DNA of 63,873 bases, counting the filler, from Octopus bimaculoides (Eukaryota): the NCBI RefSeq assembly GCF_001194135.2. It is 5 parts of 5 records of this genome, joined end to end, with 100 filler letters (N's around TTAATTAATTAA, not from the genome) between each part and the next. Parts side by side here need not be neighbours in the genome. Positions count along the whole stretch, not along the records: positions 10,800 to 19,812 come from NC_068994.1; positions 19,913 to 41,237 come from NC_068989.1; positions 41,338 to 61,787 come from NC_069003.1; 2 more parts are not named here. The stretch is one strand, 5' to 3'. The notes below the pieces were generated by a model that was not told the DNA's origin, ran no database searches, and saw only the letters and a program-made list of their open reading frames with translations. This document shows positions 11,684-42,399 of this stretch, piece by piece. Made by a program: the position numbers and the translations under genes. Every line of letters starts with the position of its first letter. Positions within the stretch are counted from its first letter, which is position 1.

Positions 11684-14633
11684 GCAAGCTGGCAGAATTG
11701 TTAGTGCATCAGACAAAATGCTTAGTAGTTGGCTCTTTATGTTCTGAGTTCAAATTTAGCCAAGGTCAACTTTGTCTTTCATCCTTTCAGGATCAATATG
11801 TTCCAGTTGAGCACTGGGGTTGATGTAATCAAGTTGCCCCTCCTCTAAAATTGCTGGCCTTGCGCCAAGATTTGAAACCATTATTATTATTATTAGATAA
11901 TTAGATTTCTGCACTACTTGCCAAAACCACAACTATCACTATTATTCTGGTGATAGTGATGATAGCAGTGACAGGAGTGAGTACTATGGTGATGGCAATA
12001 GTGGTGATGGTGGTGGCAGTGGTGGTAAGAGAAGTAGTAGTGAGTGTNNNNNNNNNNNNNNNNNNNNNNNNNNNNNNNNNNNNNNNNNNNNNNNNNNNNN
12101 NNNNNNNNNNNNNNNNNNNNNNNNNNNNNNNNNNNNNNNNNNNNNNNNNNNNNNNNNNNNNNNNNNNNNNNNNNNNNNNNNNNNNNNNNNNNNNNNNNNN
12201 NNNNNNNNNNNNNNNNNNNNNNNNNNNNNNNNNNNNNNNNNNNNNNNNNNNNNNNNNNNNNNNNNNNNNNNNNNNNNNNNNNNNNNNNNNNNNNNNNNNN
12301 NNNNNNNNNNNNNNNNNNNNNNNNNNNNNNNNNNNNNNNNNNNNNNNNNNNNNNNNNNNNNNNNNNNNNNNNNNNGGTGGTGGTGGTGGTGGTGGTGGTG
12401 GTGGTGGTGATAGAGTGGGCAATTGGTTGTGAGTAGATCTGGAGAGGTTCAGACAACCAGGCAAGTAGACAGACAAGGGTAAATACAATGAAATATTGAT
12501 TCAAATCTGCCATGTTTAATTTTGCTATCAGTTCAGTATTTCTATTAAGTTTGGGCAACAGGGACGCCCATTTTTCTTCTGTGGGCTGGTAAATGGATGA
12601 TATTCTAGCGGGGTGTTTTTCATGTCTGTTATTGTTTCTTGTGAAAGTTCCCCTTTTTAACTTGACCTAAACACCTCTCACTTCCATCCTTCATTATCTT
12701 CTAACTCTCCACTTGGTATCATATGGCCATGTTCTTTTTCTCTCTCTCTCTCTCTATCTATCTATCTCTCTATCTACCCACTTTCTCTCATATTTCCACT
12801 TCATTACCTTCCATTATCCTTCTTTTAGCCTTTTAGCTTACATACACATGTGTGTGTGTCTGTATCTGTGTGTAATTGTTGATGTTTGTCTTAAAACAAA
12901 GTCGCCATTTTTCGATTTTCCAGTGAACTCTTTCCAGAATTCATGTACAAATTCAAAATCCTTCTCAAATACTTTCTGCTTGATCTCATGCAGTTGTGGG
13001 CTTTCATGATGTTCACCATGTAAACCTTGTCTCACACTATTTCTAAAGTGAGTGGACAGCCTGTCTGATAGTATTTTATTCATGACAAGTCTCATGTTCA
13101 TTATTAGTCTTGAGTCTTCTGCATTCCTAGAAGCATTAGCTTGCAATCTTCATAGTCACTACTCTTCTGTTTCTGCTGCCTTCAAAGCATGCTTGTTTTT
13201 CATAGAAGATAGTATGGTGCAGCTTTTCTGTGGCGCTAATGATGAAAACATCATTTGTAGCAAATCACCCATAAAAGGGAAAACTACATTTTGATTTCAT
13301 TGGTGCTGTTGATTATATTGGTATGATGTGTCACTTGTAGAAAAATGACATATCAACTGGCTGCAATTAATTTACTCAGAAATTCGAATTTTAATGATGT
13401 GAGCACAAATTATAGTCCTGTTTAAATGTAGTCTTCCATTTTATGAACATTTCTCCACACACTAAAATGAAAAATGCAATTACACATTAAAGAGAAATTG
13501 TATTTTCGAGGTAAAAGAAAGGTGCAAATGATTTTGAAAATGCAAGTTAAGTGACAAAACATATACAAACTAAACAAAACAAAAAATAAAAATGAGAAAA
13601 CAAATGATAAGGGAAGCAGAGAAAAATGGAAGAGAGAGAGAGAGAATCTACTGAGGTGATGTAAGAGGTGGTAAAAGTGTGGTGGAGTAACAGTGAAAGA
13701 AAAGACATTAAAGGAGAGAGATAAAGGAAAGAAAAACCATGGGACAAAATGAAAGAAAGAGCAGAGGAATGTAAAAGGATTTGATAACTTTTTATCTTTT
13801 ACTTGTTTCAAGTCATTTGACTGCAGCCTTGAAGGGGTTTTAGTCAATCAAATCAACCCCGAGCAGGCTGTTCCGTTGATCAGATCAACTGGAACCCTCG
13901 ACGTCGTAAGCGACGGAGTGCCAACAACAACAATCCACTCACAAGGCTTTGGTTGGCCTGAGGCTATAGTAGAAGACACTTGCCCACACGATACACAATG
14001 GGACTGAACCCAGAACCATGTGGTTGGCAAGCAAGCTTCTTACCACACAGCCAGTTTTGTAAACTAGATCGCAAGAAGATAACTAATGGTTTCTCCTTCT
14101 GTCAACAATATATCAAGTACTCTGTCTTGTCAGTCTTTGGAATTCACAGTAACTAGTCTTTAGTATCCATTGTAGTTAACTACTCCTGTGTCTCATGATT
14201 AACTTACTATACAATCTGTATACTCATTACTTTCATTAAATACGTTATCAAACTATTATTACTAAATTCATTACACAGTTTATAGGAAATCCCAGTAGAC
14301 GCCTGCCAATCCACATATCATCCATTCCTGTCATACATCATATTTCATTACTGGTTATACTTAATTTGCTTTTATTATTATTATTTGTTGTAGTACTTTT
14401 ATTCTTTCACTTTTATATAATATATATATAATTTTATAAATGTCCCCCACAAGAGAGAGAAACTCTGTGCTTGATACCAATCACAGGCTGCAGACATATT
14501 AAAATTCAGAGTCTCTGTATCCAATCTATAGTGACATCTATTTACAACTGTTCTGACTGTAAAGCCTGCTGTCGGTGAGTTATTAACATTTACAAATCCA
14601 TAGCAGTTGAGCTGATAGTATTCATAATAGCTA

Positions 14634-14671
<38 letters not shown>

Positions 14672-15213
14672 GTTATCAAAATATGTCATGAATATATAGA
14701 TAGATATATATACACACACACATCTGTATTTATATGTGTGTGTGTATATGTGTATATATGACATTCTAATAACCCTTTCAAGAACACTGTTGCTAGAAAT
14801 GAATTTAACAACCATAGCTTCATTATAATTGTAAATCCTATTGTACACAACTGAATTTGAAGTAAGTGAAATATCACACATATATATGTGTGTGTGTGTG
14901 TGCATATACATGAGCACACACACATAGACATAGACACACACACACACACACACCAACCAACCAACCAACCAAGATTTTGAACTTAGCCGTTTTGAAGTAA
15001 TTCTGCCAAAGACAAAGTTTTGGGATGTTGCCAGCTGTTCTCAACCTGGAAAGGTTAACCATTGATTAAGTCGATGTTTTCTACACTATTTTAATCACAA
15101 TTCATTTGCAGAATAATAATAATAATAATAATAATTGAGTATAACAACAACATCATCTCAGCTGCCTGCTGTGATTCAGTTCAACATACACTACACATAA
15201 AGCTGACCTTAGC

Positions 15214-15262
<49 letters not shown>

Positions 15263-17070
15263 NNNNNNNNNNNNNNNNNNNNNNNNNNNNNNNNNNNNNN
15301 NNNNNNNNNNNNNNNNNNNNNNNNNNNNNNNNNNNNNNNNNNNNNNNNNNNNNNNNNNNNNNNNNNNNNNNNNNNNNNNNNNNNNNNNNNNNNNNNNNNN
15401 NNNNNNNNNNNNNNNNNNNNNNNNNNNNNNNNNNNNNNNNNNNNNNNNNNNNNNNNNNNNNNNNNNNNNNNNNNNNNNNNNNNNNNNNNNNNNNNNNNNN
15501 NNNNNNNNNNNNNNNNNNNNNNNNNNNNNNNNNNNNNNNNNNNNNNNNNNNNNNNNNNNNNNNNNNNNNNNNNNNNNNNNNNNNNNNNNNNNNNNNNATA
15601 TATATATGCATCTTCCATCTTATAATTTTTGCTGCAATTCACCATGTGGAATTTTTTCTCAAACCTTTTCACTATATATATACATGTCAAGCTAAGTTAA
15701 ATCGTGATTGTCCTTGCATACAGGCATGTCCCCTGCATCCCTGTTCAGCTGAGCAATCCTAATCCTGCAGGCTCATAGACGCTGGTACCACATAAAAAGC
15801 ATCCGTGCCAGTGCCATGTAAAAGCACTCATTACACTCTGAAAATTGGTGGACATTAGGAAGGGCATCCAATCCATCCGTAGAAACCATGCTAAAACAGA
15901 CATTGAGTCCAAGCAGCTCTTCAGCTGCCCAGCTTCTGTCAACCCCTAGCAGCATGGAAAATAGACAATAAATGATGATGACAATATATATAGACCAGTA
16001 GCCCAAAAGTTGTAAAAGTATGATAAACTATGTAATCTACAAAATGTATTCTGTAATCCTTCAGTTTAGTACTAAATTGTTTTCATTATAACTCAGCATA
16101 AAAGCATATATATATGTATACGTATATATATATACATATACACACACACACACACACAATAGAAATTGGTTATATTACCTTTGTTGTCTTGATAGTACAA
16201 GACATAATAGCAATGACCCAACCAGCTACTTCTCTAGATAGAAAGTCTCTATGCTATTTTTATCAAACTGCCAAAATACTGAAACACATCAATCAATAAT
16301 TCAAGATGAATTGCTGCATATTTCTGCAATGATGAAAGGTGCTGTCATGTTAACATGAGCTTGTGTTGTAAACTGTTGCAGCCACCACAGGCCAGAAACT
16401 ATTCAGTGCAACTAGCAGCAGTGCAGATGCATCTTTTACTTAGCCTGTATGTAGAATGTGCAATGTTTGGCATCATTCTCATCATTGTTATGTTTAGTAC
16501 TGCCAGATAGGTTTGTTCATTGGTCCGTTTTTATGTCTTTGTTTTACAACCAGATGTCCTTCCTATTGCTAACCCTTAACCTACCTTTCTTTCAAAAGAT
16601 GTCTTATCTCATATGTCTTCCAAAGCTTAAAGCTAGCAGCCAACCCATTGACAGCAGAATCACTTCCTGTAGCTAGCCAATTTTCAGAAAAGCACAAATG
16701 TAAACGTGCGCATGTGTGTGTGTGAGTTCCTTTATTATTTTATATTTTACTTGTTTCAGTCATTTGACTGCAGCCATGCTGGAACACCACCTTGAAGGGA
16801 TTTTAAGTTGGAGAAATCTACCCCAGAACTTATTCTTTGTAAGCCTAGTATTTTTTCTATCAGTCTGCTTTGCTCAACTGCTAAGTGAGAGATGTAAACA
16901 CACCAACATCGGTTGTGTGTATTTGAATTATGCAATAAAAGCAGTTCTAGAGTAAAATCTTTACCAATACAACACACTTAACATATGTGTGTAGTTTAAA
17001 GGCCAGAGGCTGCATTGTTTTCGTCCAGGAAAATTTCCTTTATAGATGTATTGTGTTAAAAAATACAATA

Positions 17071-17882
17071 TATAAGATGCATTCTAGAAGTTTTGAGTCT
17101 TTTTAATGAGAGATATTTATTAATTTCAAAGAAGTTCAAAACTTTCATCTCTTTCAAAGTAGGATCCTTTGACTTCACTGCACTTAATTTAATGCTCCAG
17201 CCACTTCATGAAGGACCCATGGTAGTCCTCCAAAGTGAAGATGTCAAGGACTCTTGTCACAACCTCCTTATCTTCTCCTCCAGCTTGGAGAACAACCAAA
17301 AGTCATAGGTTCAAGGTCCGGACTGTAGGTGGTGGTGGGAGGGGGACAGTTTTGACACCCTCCTCTATCATGTAATTGATTACCAGGATGCAATTGTGAA
17401 CTGGTGCAGGTGTTCTGGCCTCTTGCAATGAACTCCCTCAAAACCTCCACAAAGTACTCTTTGTTGACCATCTGACCAGTGGAAGTAGATGATATCTTTT
17501 CTGTTAGAAGAGGATCATCATGAACTTCCTGGTGAAAAACAGATACTCAGCTCATACACGTTAATCCATAAGTAGTCTGGAGCATTTCATAAGTTTCAAA
17601 AGCATTTTTTTCCTGGTTCAAAAACCCAAAACTTCATTGCACAATGAGCTTCCAAATTGGCTTCACATCCCAATTGCATTCTGCAAACAAGTTAGCTGTA
17701 ACAAGCAATATTTAGTAGGGTGTTTTCAAAGTACAACAGCCATCTCCTTCAATCTGGAATGACAAAAGTTTGTAGGTCTGCTTATTAGATTATAATAATG
17801 GTATACTAAAATTGCAACAATCTAGGACAGTTATAACTGCCTCTCCTGAAAAAGTCTCAATACTTCTGGAATGCACCTTGTA
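17071..17882 (-). mobile_element. Internally deleted mariner element with both TIRs
   Basis: 34-bp inverted termini 17071-17104 and 17849-17882 (5 mismatches, TA at both ends); minus-strand remnant VNKEYFVEVLR...YSPDLEP. Confidence 0.8.
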
Positions 17883-18422
17883 CTTCAGAGCTAGTTGAAA
17901 TCCCTGTGGAAGTGACTGTATTTTTACACACACACACACAAGGCTATTTATACACTAAACATTTATTCATTGATAATAATTTCTTACTTATGACATCTCA
18001 GATTCAGTCCCACTGCTTGGCGCCTTCAACTTTCCCACTGCTTGGCATCTTCAGCATGTGTCTTCTGCTATAGCACTGGGCCAACTAAAGCTGTGTGAGT
18101 AGATTTGGTTGACAGAAAATTAAAGAAGCCCATTCTGTTATCTATATATGTGCATGTACATGTATAGGTGCAGGTATATTTGTGTGTACCCTTGTCTAGA
18201 CATCACATAGTGGTTGTAAATGACCATCACCATCATGCAAGTTAAGTTTTTCATTTCCAGTCTTCTGTGGAAAACATGTCTGGTCATGGAGAAATATTAC
18301 CTTACTTGGAAACAGATGAGGGAAACAGATGAAGCTTGGTAACAGAAAGGGCATCCAGTCATAGAAAAATCTGCATCAACAAATTCCATCTGGACCATGC
18401 AAGCAAGGAAAATTGGACATGA

Positions 18423-18481
<59 letters not shown>

Positions 18482-18691
18482 GAGACGAACATGATTCTTC
18501 ATAACAGCTTATTGAGTCAATAGATTTTACACTAAATTTATCTTGACTTATCATCAGTACTAGTTTTTGGTTGTTTTTGTTGTTTCTCTCCCCTTCCTTT
18601 TAAGTCTTTCTGTATGATATGATTTATTCACAAGATACGAGATACTAGACTTTATCAGTCTTTAAAGACGTAAGCTACTTTCACAACCATT

Positions 18692-18726
<35 letters not shown>

Positions 18727-19380
18727 GATAACAATAAAAGAGCAAAAAATGTTGGCAACGATATTTAATGTTAGAAATCAATATTTCTGATGCTACATAT
18801 CAACATTATGTAATGTCATCTACATTTATCTGGACTAAATGGAGACTTTGAAACATATTGAAGTGCAAAGCTTCGGACAACATTTAATGTGTTGACTGCA
18901 TGTGATGACCATTCTGTTTTTTGTAACTGATTCTCATTTTGGATATTTTGCCCTTTCACTACACAGCTGCTACTTTCAAAGAATCAGTCTGGTTACCACT
19001 GAAGTAAAGTGCAGTGAAATAGGTTAAAAGGTGTGTGTGTGTGTGTGTGTGTGAAAGGCTCGTGGTTTAGTGGTTAGATTATTCAGCTCATGATCATAAA
19101 GTCATGAGTTCAATTCCCAGCAGTGTGTTGTGTCCATGAGCAAAACATTTTCATGTTGTCCCAATCTACTCAGCTGGCAACAATGAGTAGTACCTGTATC
19201 TCAAAGAGCCAGCCTTGTCACTTTCTGTGTCACACTGAATTTCCCTGAGAATAATGTTAAGGGTCGCGTATGTCTGTGGAGTGCTCAGCCACTTGCACAT
19301 TAATTTCACAAGCAGGCTATTCCATTGATGGGATCAACTGGAACCCTTGTCATCGTAACCGACTGAGTGCCAGTTATGTA

Positions 19381-19426
<46 letters not shown>

Positions 19427-19514
19427 TTCAAAAAAACAATAACAAAAAGACAACAAAGTGAGGACGTGATACGGATAGTGTTATTGGACGCTCCGGGAAA
19501 GGAAAGAGAGAGTG

Positions 19515-19547
19515 TATGACGTTTCGGGCATAGCCCTTCGTTGGATA
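19515..19547 (-). ncRNA. Decayed minimal hammerhead-like motif
   Basis: Minus strand UAU-CCAACGA-A-GGGC-uau-GCCC-GAAA-CGU-C-AUA; core altered at U4 and G5. Confidence 0.45.
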
Positions 19548-20180
19548 TATATATATATCAATCTCTGTGTGCTGTCTGTCGGGCATGTGGAAGGAAGTGT
19601 GATTCAGCAGGAGGATTTAAACGACACGCAAAGGTACATGGAGCCCAATTACAACAACAGCCAGCTATTTCCAGTAAAGGTTTTGGATGCCAACTCTGTG
19701 CAAGACATTGTAGATCTTTGGCTGGGCTAAAAAGTCACATTCGATCACAGCACCATTAAGTTAAGCTTTGTGCAATGGCCATACTCGATATATGTGTGTG
19801 TGTGTGTATATANNNNNNNNNNNNNNNNNNNNNNNNNNNNNNNNNNNNNNNNNNNNTTAATTAATTAANNNNNNNNNNNNNNNNNNNNNNNNNNNNNNNN
19901 NNNNNNNNNNNNAGATTGATAGATATGTATGTGTGTAATTTTGTGTTTGTGTTATGTTTATCTCCGCCGCTTGACCACTGACGTCAATTTGTTTAAGTAC
20001 TTCTGACTTAGCGGTTCAGCAAAAGATAACAGATTAAGTATCAGGTTTAAAAATAAATACTGGAATCAATTTATTTGACTAACACCTTTCGAGGCGGCGT
20101 CTCAGCATGGCTACAGTTCAATGATTGAAACAAGTAAAAACATGTTATCGAGTGTATGTATTTATGTATGTATATATATC

Positions 20181-20219
20181 AGTTTCGGCTGATATATCCT
20201 CCAGCCTTCATCAGGTGTC
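20181..20219 (-). ncRNA. Hammerhead core, 3'-truncated copy
   Basis: Minus strand GACAC-CUGAUGA-A-GGCUG-gaggauauau-CAGCC-GAAAC, then replaced by (TA)n. Confidence 0.6.
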
Positions 20220-20512
20220 TTGGGGAAATTTCGAATCTGGGTTCTCGTTCCTAAGGTATTTTTCGATGCTATTATTATCATCATCATCATCATTATTATT
20301 ACTATTATTTTTGAATGAGAGAGCAGGGCATGCCATCAAAGTGACACTGGGGTAAAATATACGAAGCCCATTATACCCATTATGACTACCCGTCTGATAA
20401 GGGTACACCAGGCACATGCATCACAACCATATGTGCGCGACATGGTGATCTCATATCAAGATAAACAGCGCATGACCTTGCAGGTGGCGCCCAGTTAGAA
20501 TTTTTTCTCTAC

Positions 20513-20602
20513 GCCATATGCCCGTGGTTAAGAGCGCGGGCTACTAACCCCAAGATTCCGAGTTCGAATCCTGGTAGCAACCTGAATAATGATAATAATA
20601 GC

Positions 20603-20675
<73 letters not shown>

Positions 20676-20870
20676 GCATCGAAAAATACCTTAGGAATGA
20701 GAACCCAGGTTCGAAATTTCCCCAAGACACCTAATGAAAACTGGAGGGTATATCAGCCGAAACATTGTGTTAAGTACAAACAAGATGAGGACAAATATCC
20801 GTCAAATGTAAATAATGTAAATAATGTACATAATTCTCATCTCTTAAAAATAGAATTGTATTTTTTAATT
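20513..20870 (+). mobile_element. Composite SINE-like element: tRNA-like head + (AAT/AAC)n + hammerhead-like motif + AATGTAAAT tail
   Basis: B box GAGTTCGAATCC at 20560-20571, microsatellite 20584-20673, hammerhead-like fold 20726-20771; partial inverted copy at about 20180-20275. Confidence 0.65.
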
Positions 20871-21129
20871 ATTATAAATCTTCCACTGAAAAGGGAGCCG
20901 GTTTCCAACAAAGGCTCCATCTTTGGAATGTAGTTAACGCAGACAAATTCACATTTGGAACTTGAGAAGAGTCTTGCATAATTTTACTGTTCCACTCACA
21001 GATTGCCCTTTTAATGTACGAATCAACCGCTCGATTTCGCTTTCTGAAAATCCCAGTTTATCCAGATTCTTCTTTAAGTATCAGTCTTAAAAATAAATAC
21101 TGGAATCGATTTATTCGACTAAAACCCTT

Positions 21130-21340
21130 GTATGTATGTATGTATGTATGTATGTATGTATGTATGTATGTGTGTGTGTGTATGTATGTATGTATGTATG
21201 TAAGTGGGTATGTATGTATGTATGTATGTATGTATGAGTGTGTGTATGTATGTATGTATGTATGTATGTATGTATGTATGCATGTATGTATGTATGTATG
21301 TATGTAAGTGTGTGTGTTTGTGTGTGTGCATGTATGTATG
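21130..21340. repeat. (TATG)n/(TG)n compound microsatellite
   Basis: Direct reading. Confidence 0.97.
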
Positions 21341-21594
21341 TTTTTATTTGTATTCTTCATTGTATTCTTTCTGGGTCGAGCTGGTTTCAAACAGAGAACC
21401 ACATACTCCAGTATCTATCAGTTCGTGCATTCAACATATATACAAATACACATGCTCACTTGATTATGCTAGTAAATGCATATGTATAAGCTATATAGGG
21501 TGTTATCAGAAAAAAGAAAAAGAAAAAGAATTTTCAAACATAGAATGATGTCCGCTAACACGAACTTTACAGATACAATTTGTAAGCAGAACGG

Positions 21595-21600
21595 TATAAA
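21595..21600 (+). promoter_or_regulatory. Possible TATA box upstream of SDSL
   Basis: TATAAA about 170 nt before the ATG. Weak: AT-rich background, and an acceptor at 21738 suggests the promoter may lie further upstream. Confidence 0.15.
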
Positions 21601-21770
21601 TATGCAAGACTTTCTTAAAGTTCGACGTATAACAATTATCCTTCTCATCCAAATTTCAGGGATCTGACTTATTCTTGCCCGGCGTGTTAACGATTCTACC
21701 AGGTTTCTTAATCGATATTTTCCTCATTTGTCAATCCAGGTGTGATTGATTTGAAGATTCCTGTAAAACG

Positions 21771-40170
<18,400 letters not shown>

Positions 40171-40221
40171 GCGTGACAGGCGTATGTTCATATATGTTTG
40201 TAGGGTTTGTAAATTTTCCTC

Positions 40222-40269
40222 AATAAAATAAGTGTCATCTGTATATTGTATAGATTTTTGGCTAATAAA
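40222..40269 (+). terminator. Candidate polyadenylation signals of SDSL
   Basis: AATAAA at 40222-40227 and 40264-40269, 52 and 94 nt after the stop; AATAAA is frequent by chance in this AT-rich DNA. Confidence 0.45.
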
Positions 40270-40329
40270 TATCTCTGTAGAAATTCTTCTGTTTATTGAT
40301 TCGCCCTGGTGCCGTATCCTGCTCGTATA

Positions 40330-41050
40330 TCTTAATATATATATATATATATATTCAGGAGGACATTTTGCGGGCCAAGTCAACCTTGCTGCTTACGTGG
40401 GAACTCCAGTTTAGATTGTTATCAACAGTTACTCAAAGGTCTCTGGTGTTGCTTGATGACACTAGGGAGTCGCTCGAGGGAAGGGCATATGGTAGTCTCA
40501 GAGTGTCCTATTTTCCAAAATGGATCAAATTTAACTTAGATGCTTATTGTTATTTTCCGCCTATTGGACAACAGCAAACAGGTCAGACTGAAGGCATGTT
40601 CGGTCTCCCATACCGTTTATAGCCTTCTGGATTTTGGAATCATCTGCAAAGATTTTCAATTTAGAATGTTTGATGATGTCTACTATATCATTGATGTAGA
40701 TAATGAAGAGAAGTGGGCCCAACAAGGTACCTTGTGGGACACCACTACCGGCTTTGACTGAGCTTGATCGGATTCCCTCATACAGAACATGTTGGGTTCT
40801 GTTTGTCAGGAAATACTTTATCCACTGCAGAGGCTTTCCACGGACTCCAATGTTGGACAGTTTCTTCAGCAGGATTTTGTGGTCCACTGTCAAATGACGT
40901 CAGTGTTGGAGCCTTCTCCCAAAGATTTGAAAATGTCATCAAAATGGTGCAGAAGCTGCGACAGGCAGTCCCTGCCATCACGGAAGCCATGCCAGTTGGG
41001 GTTCACCGAGGAAGTGAGATATTCATGATCTCACTACCTTCTCAAATACC
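40330..41050 (-). mobile_element. CR1/L2-type LINE reverse-transcriptase fragment just downstream of SDSL
   Basis: VDHKILLKKL..GVRG..LQWI..FL..RTQ, SGVPQGTLLGPLLFIIYIND, FADD. Confidence 0.9.
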
Positions 41051-41337
41051 TTAATGATAAGAGGGGTGAGTGAAATCGGACGGTAGATCGTTGCAACGGA
41101 TTTGCTTCCTTTTTTGAAAACTGGAAAGAAAATGATCAGGAATGTAGCATGCGTCAAGTGAGTTCCTCAAGAGCTCATGTAGAGGGGATGCAATTTGGTG
41201 TCGATACATCTTCAGGACAGTAGCAGGGAAATATATANNNNNNNNNNNNNNNNNNNNNNNNNNNNNNNNNNNNNNNNNNNNTTAATTAATTAANNNNNNN
41301 NNNNNNNNNNNNNNNNNNNNNNNNNNNNNNNNNNNNN

Positions 41338-41585
41338 GCTTGTGCGGGTGGCACATAAAAGACACCATTTCGAGCGTGGCCGTTTTCGTGCGGGTGACAC
41401 GTAAAAGCACCCACTACACTCTCTGAGTGGTTGGCGTTAGGAAGGGCATCCAGCTGTAGAAACTCTGCCAAATTAGACTGGAGCCTGGTGTTGCCATCCG
41501 GTTTCACCAGTCCTCAGTCAAATCGTCCAACCCATGCTAGCATGGAAAGCGGACGTTAAACGATGATGATGATGATGATGATGAT
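41338..41585 (+). mobile_element. Repeat family with (GAT)n tail, probably an RTE LINE 3' UTR or RTE-dependent SINE
   Basis: GGCGTTAGGAAGGGCATCCAGCTGTAGAAAC...GCATGGAAAGCGGACGTTAAACGATGATG; copies at about 15780-15980, 18300-18425, 51462-51865, 61545-61787(-). The RTE link is inference. Confidence 0.75.
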
Positions 41586-42040
<455 letters not shown>

Positions 42041-42399
42041 TACAGGAACCCATCACAAAATTCTATTATGTGAAATTAATTTCCAATTGATTTTCATATT
42101 ATCAAGCGAGATTGTATTTCTACAGACTTTTTCAGTGGGGAGGGGAAAGAAAAGCACAAGAAAACAGTAGAGAATAAGCAACAAGGTCACCTTTATACAT
42201 GAAAATAACAATCTTTTAATATTCACAGTCCGAAATAGATGCAAGATAACTGCACAAACACTTCAAGAATACATAAGGGAATTAATAAGAATCAAAATAT
42301 CATAAGAGTACGTTTTTACTGCAAAAGATGTTTACTACTGTGTGAGGGTTTGGGGGTGGAATGAGTATTAATTTGAGACTGGGTGACAATATTTACTAT

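Noticed and set aside
14399-15062. Minus-strand ORFs and splice-like sites, and a plus-strand 88-nt exon candidate 14487-14574 ending in GTGAGT
   Set aside because: Several mutually incompatible readings, no recognisable protein and no phase-consistent chain.
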